Shown here: positions 63,571 through 64,000 of the stretch, one piece after another
Layout: the number at the start of each line of letters is the position of its first letter
Position numbering within the stretch: the first letter of the stretch is position 1
Assembly: GCF_009834535.1 (NCBI RefSeq)
Contig: NC_045696.1
Coordinates: forward strand, 6,636,001 to 6,700,000
Direction of reading: 5' to 3'
Length of the DNA stretch: 64,000 nucleotides
From: Camelus ferus
Taxonomy: Eukaryota
Position numbers and translations under genes: made by a program
Notes under the pieces: generated by a model
Seen by the model: only the letters and a program-made list of their open reading frames with translations
The model's database searches: none
Told to the model about the DNA's origin: nothing

Positions 63571-64000
63571 CATCTCCTGTGCTCCAAACACCTCTACAGG
63601 TCTTGGCTCAGCTGATCCTTGGGACTGAAACATCAACCACTCTGGCTTGAAATCCAATTTGTCACAACCCTTTTTTGTATTATGTGAAAGTTTAATGTTC
63701 ACAAGGGCTTGTAAACATTAAAATATGAGTAACTCATCAATAATCCTTTTCCATGATAATCAAAAGGCCATGATGAACATTTATGTAAATCAATTTTCAT
63801 CTTAAATCACCTCACTTTTTTCTAATTACTTGGTGTCAGTGAAAGTCAATACCATAAGTCTTCTGAAATTTCCTAACCATAAAGTAATTTGCAGTTTCCT
63901 CCTCATTTATGCACGTCATTAATAGCTTTATAATCTATAGCAAAGCTGAAAGCACCCAATGCCTGTTAATGCTAACCTTCGCATAAGCTCACTTACATAC

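Noticed and set aside
1..64000. CRISPR arrays, operons or prokaryotic defence systems
   Set aside because: The sequence is repeat-rich mammalian DNA with no regularly spaced repeats and no gene-dense coding structure

Overview
This is mammalian genomic DNA, most likely camelid (alpaca, llama or camel). That call rests on several copies of a tRNA-derived SINE resembling vic-1, cetartiodactyl-type L1 3' ends, and no recognisable Alu, BovB/Bov-A, PRE-1 or CAN SINEs. I found no protein-coding exon, RNA gene or CRISPR array that I can support; the ORF track is explained by chance ORFs, microsatellites and decayed L1/L2 sequence. Much of the window is interspersed repeat: L2, MIR, old and younger L1, about 18 ERV1/ERVL/MaLR solo LTRs or fragments, and hAT/Tigger DNA transposons, with several nested insertions that keep target-site duplications (TSDs). 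The most notable unique feature is a roughly 200-bp CpG-dense promoter-like element at about 25.0-25.2 kb. It carries two NRF1-like sites, an E2F6-type site, a GTCACGTGAC E-box, a T-box-like site and a FOX site, with MYB cores nearby. This resembles a germline (PRC1.6-type) promoter with no visible coding gene. About 2.2 kb to its left lie tandem CTCF-like sites, and there are a few candidate minus-strand spliced exons. Repeat subfamily names come from recalled consensus sequences and were not computed; most repeat boundaries are approximate.
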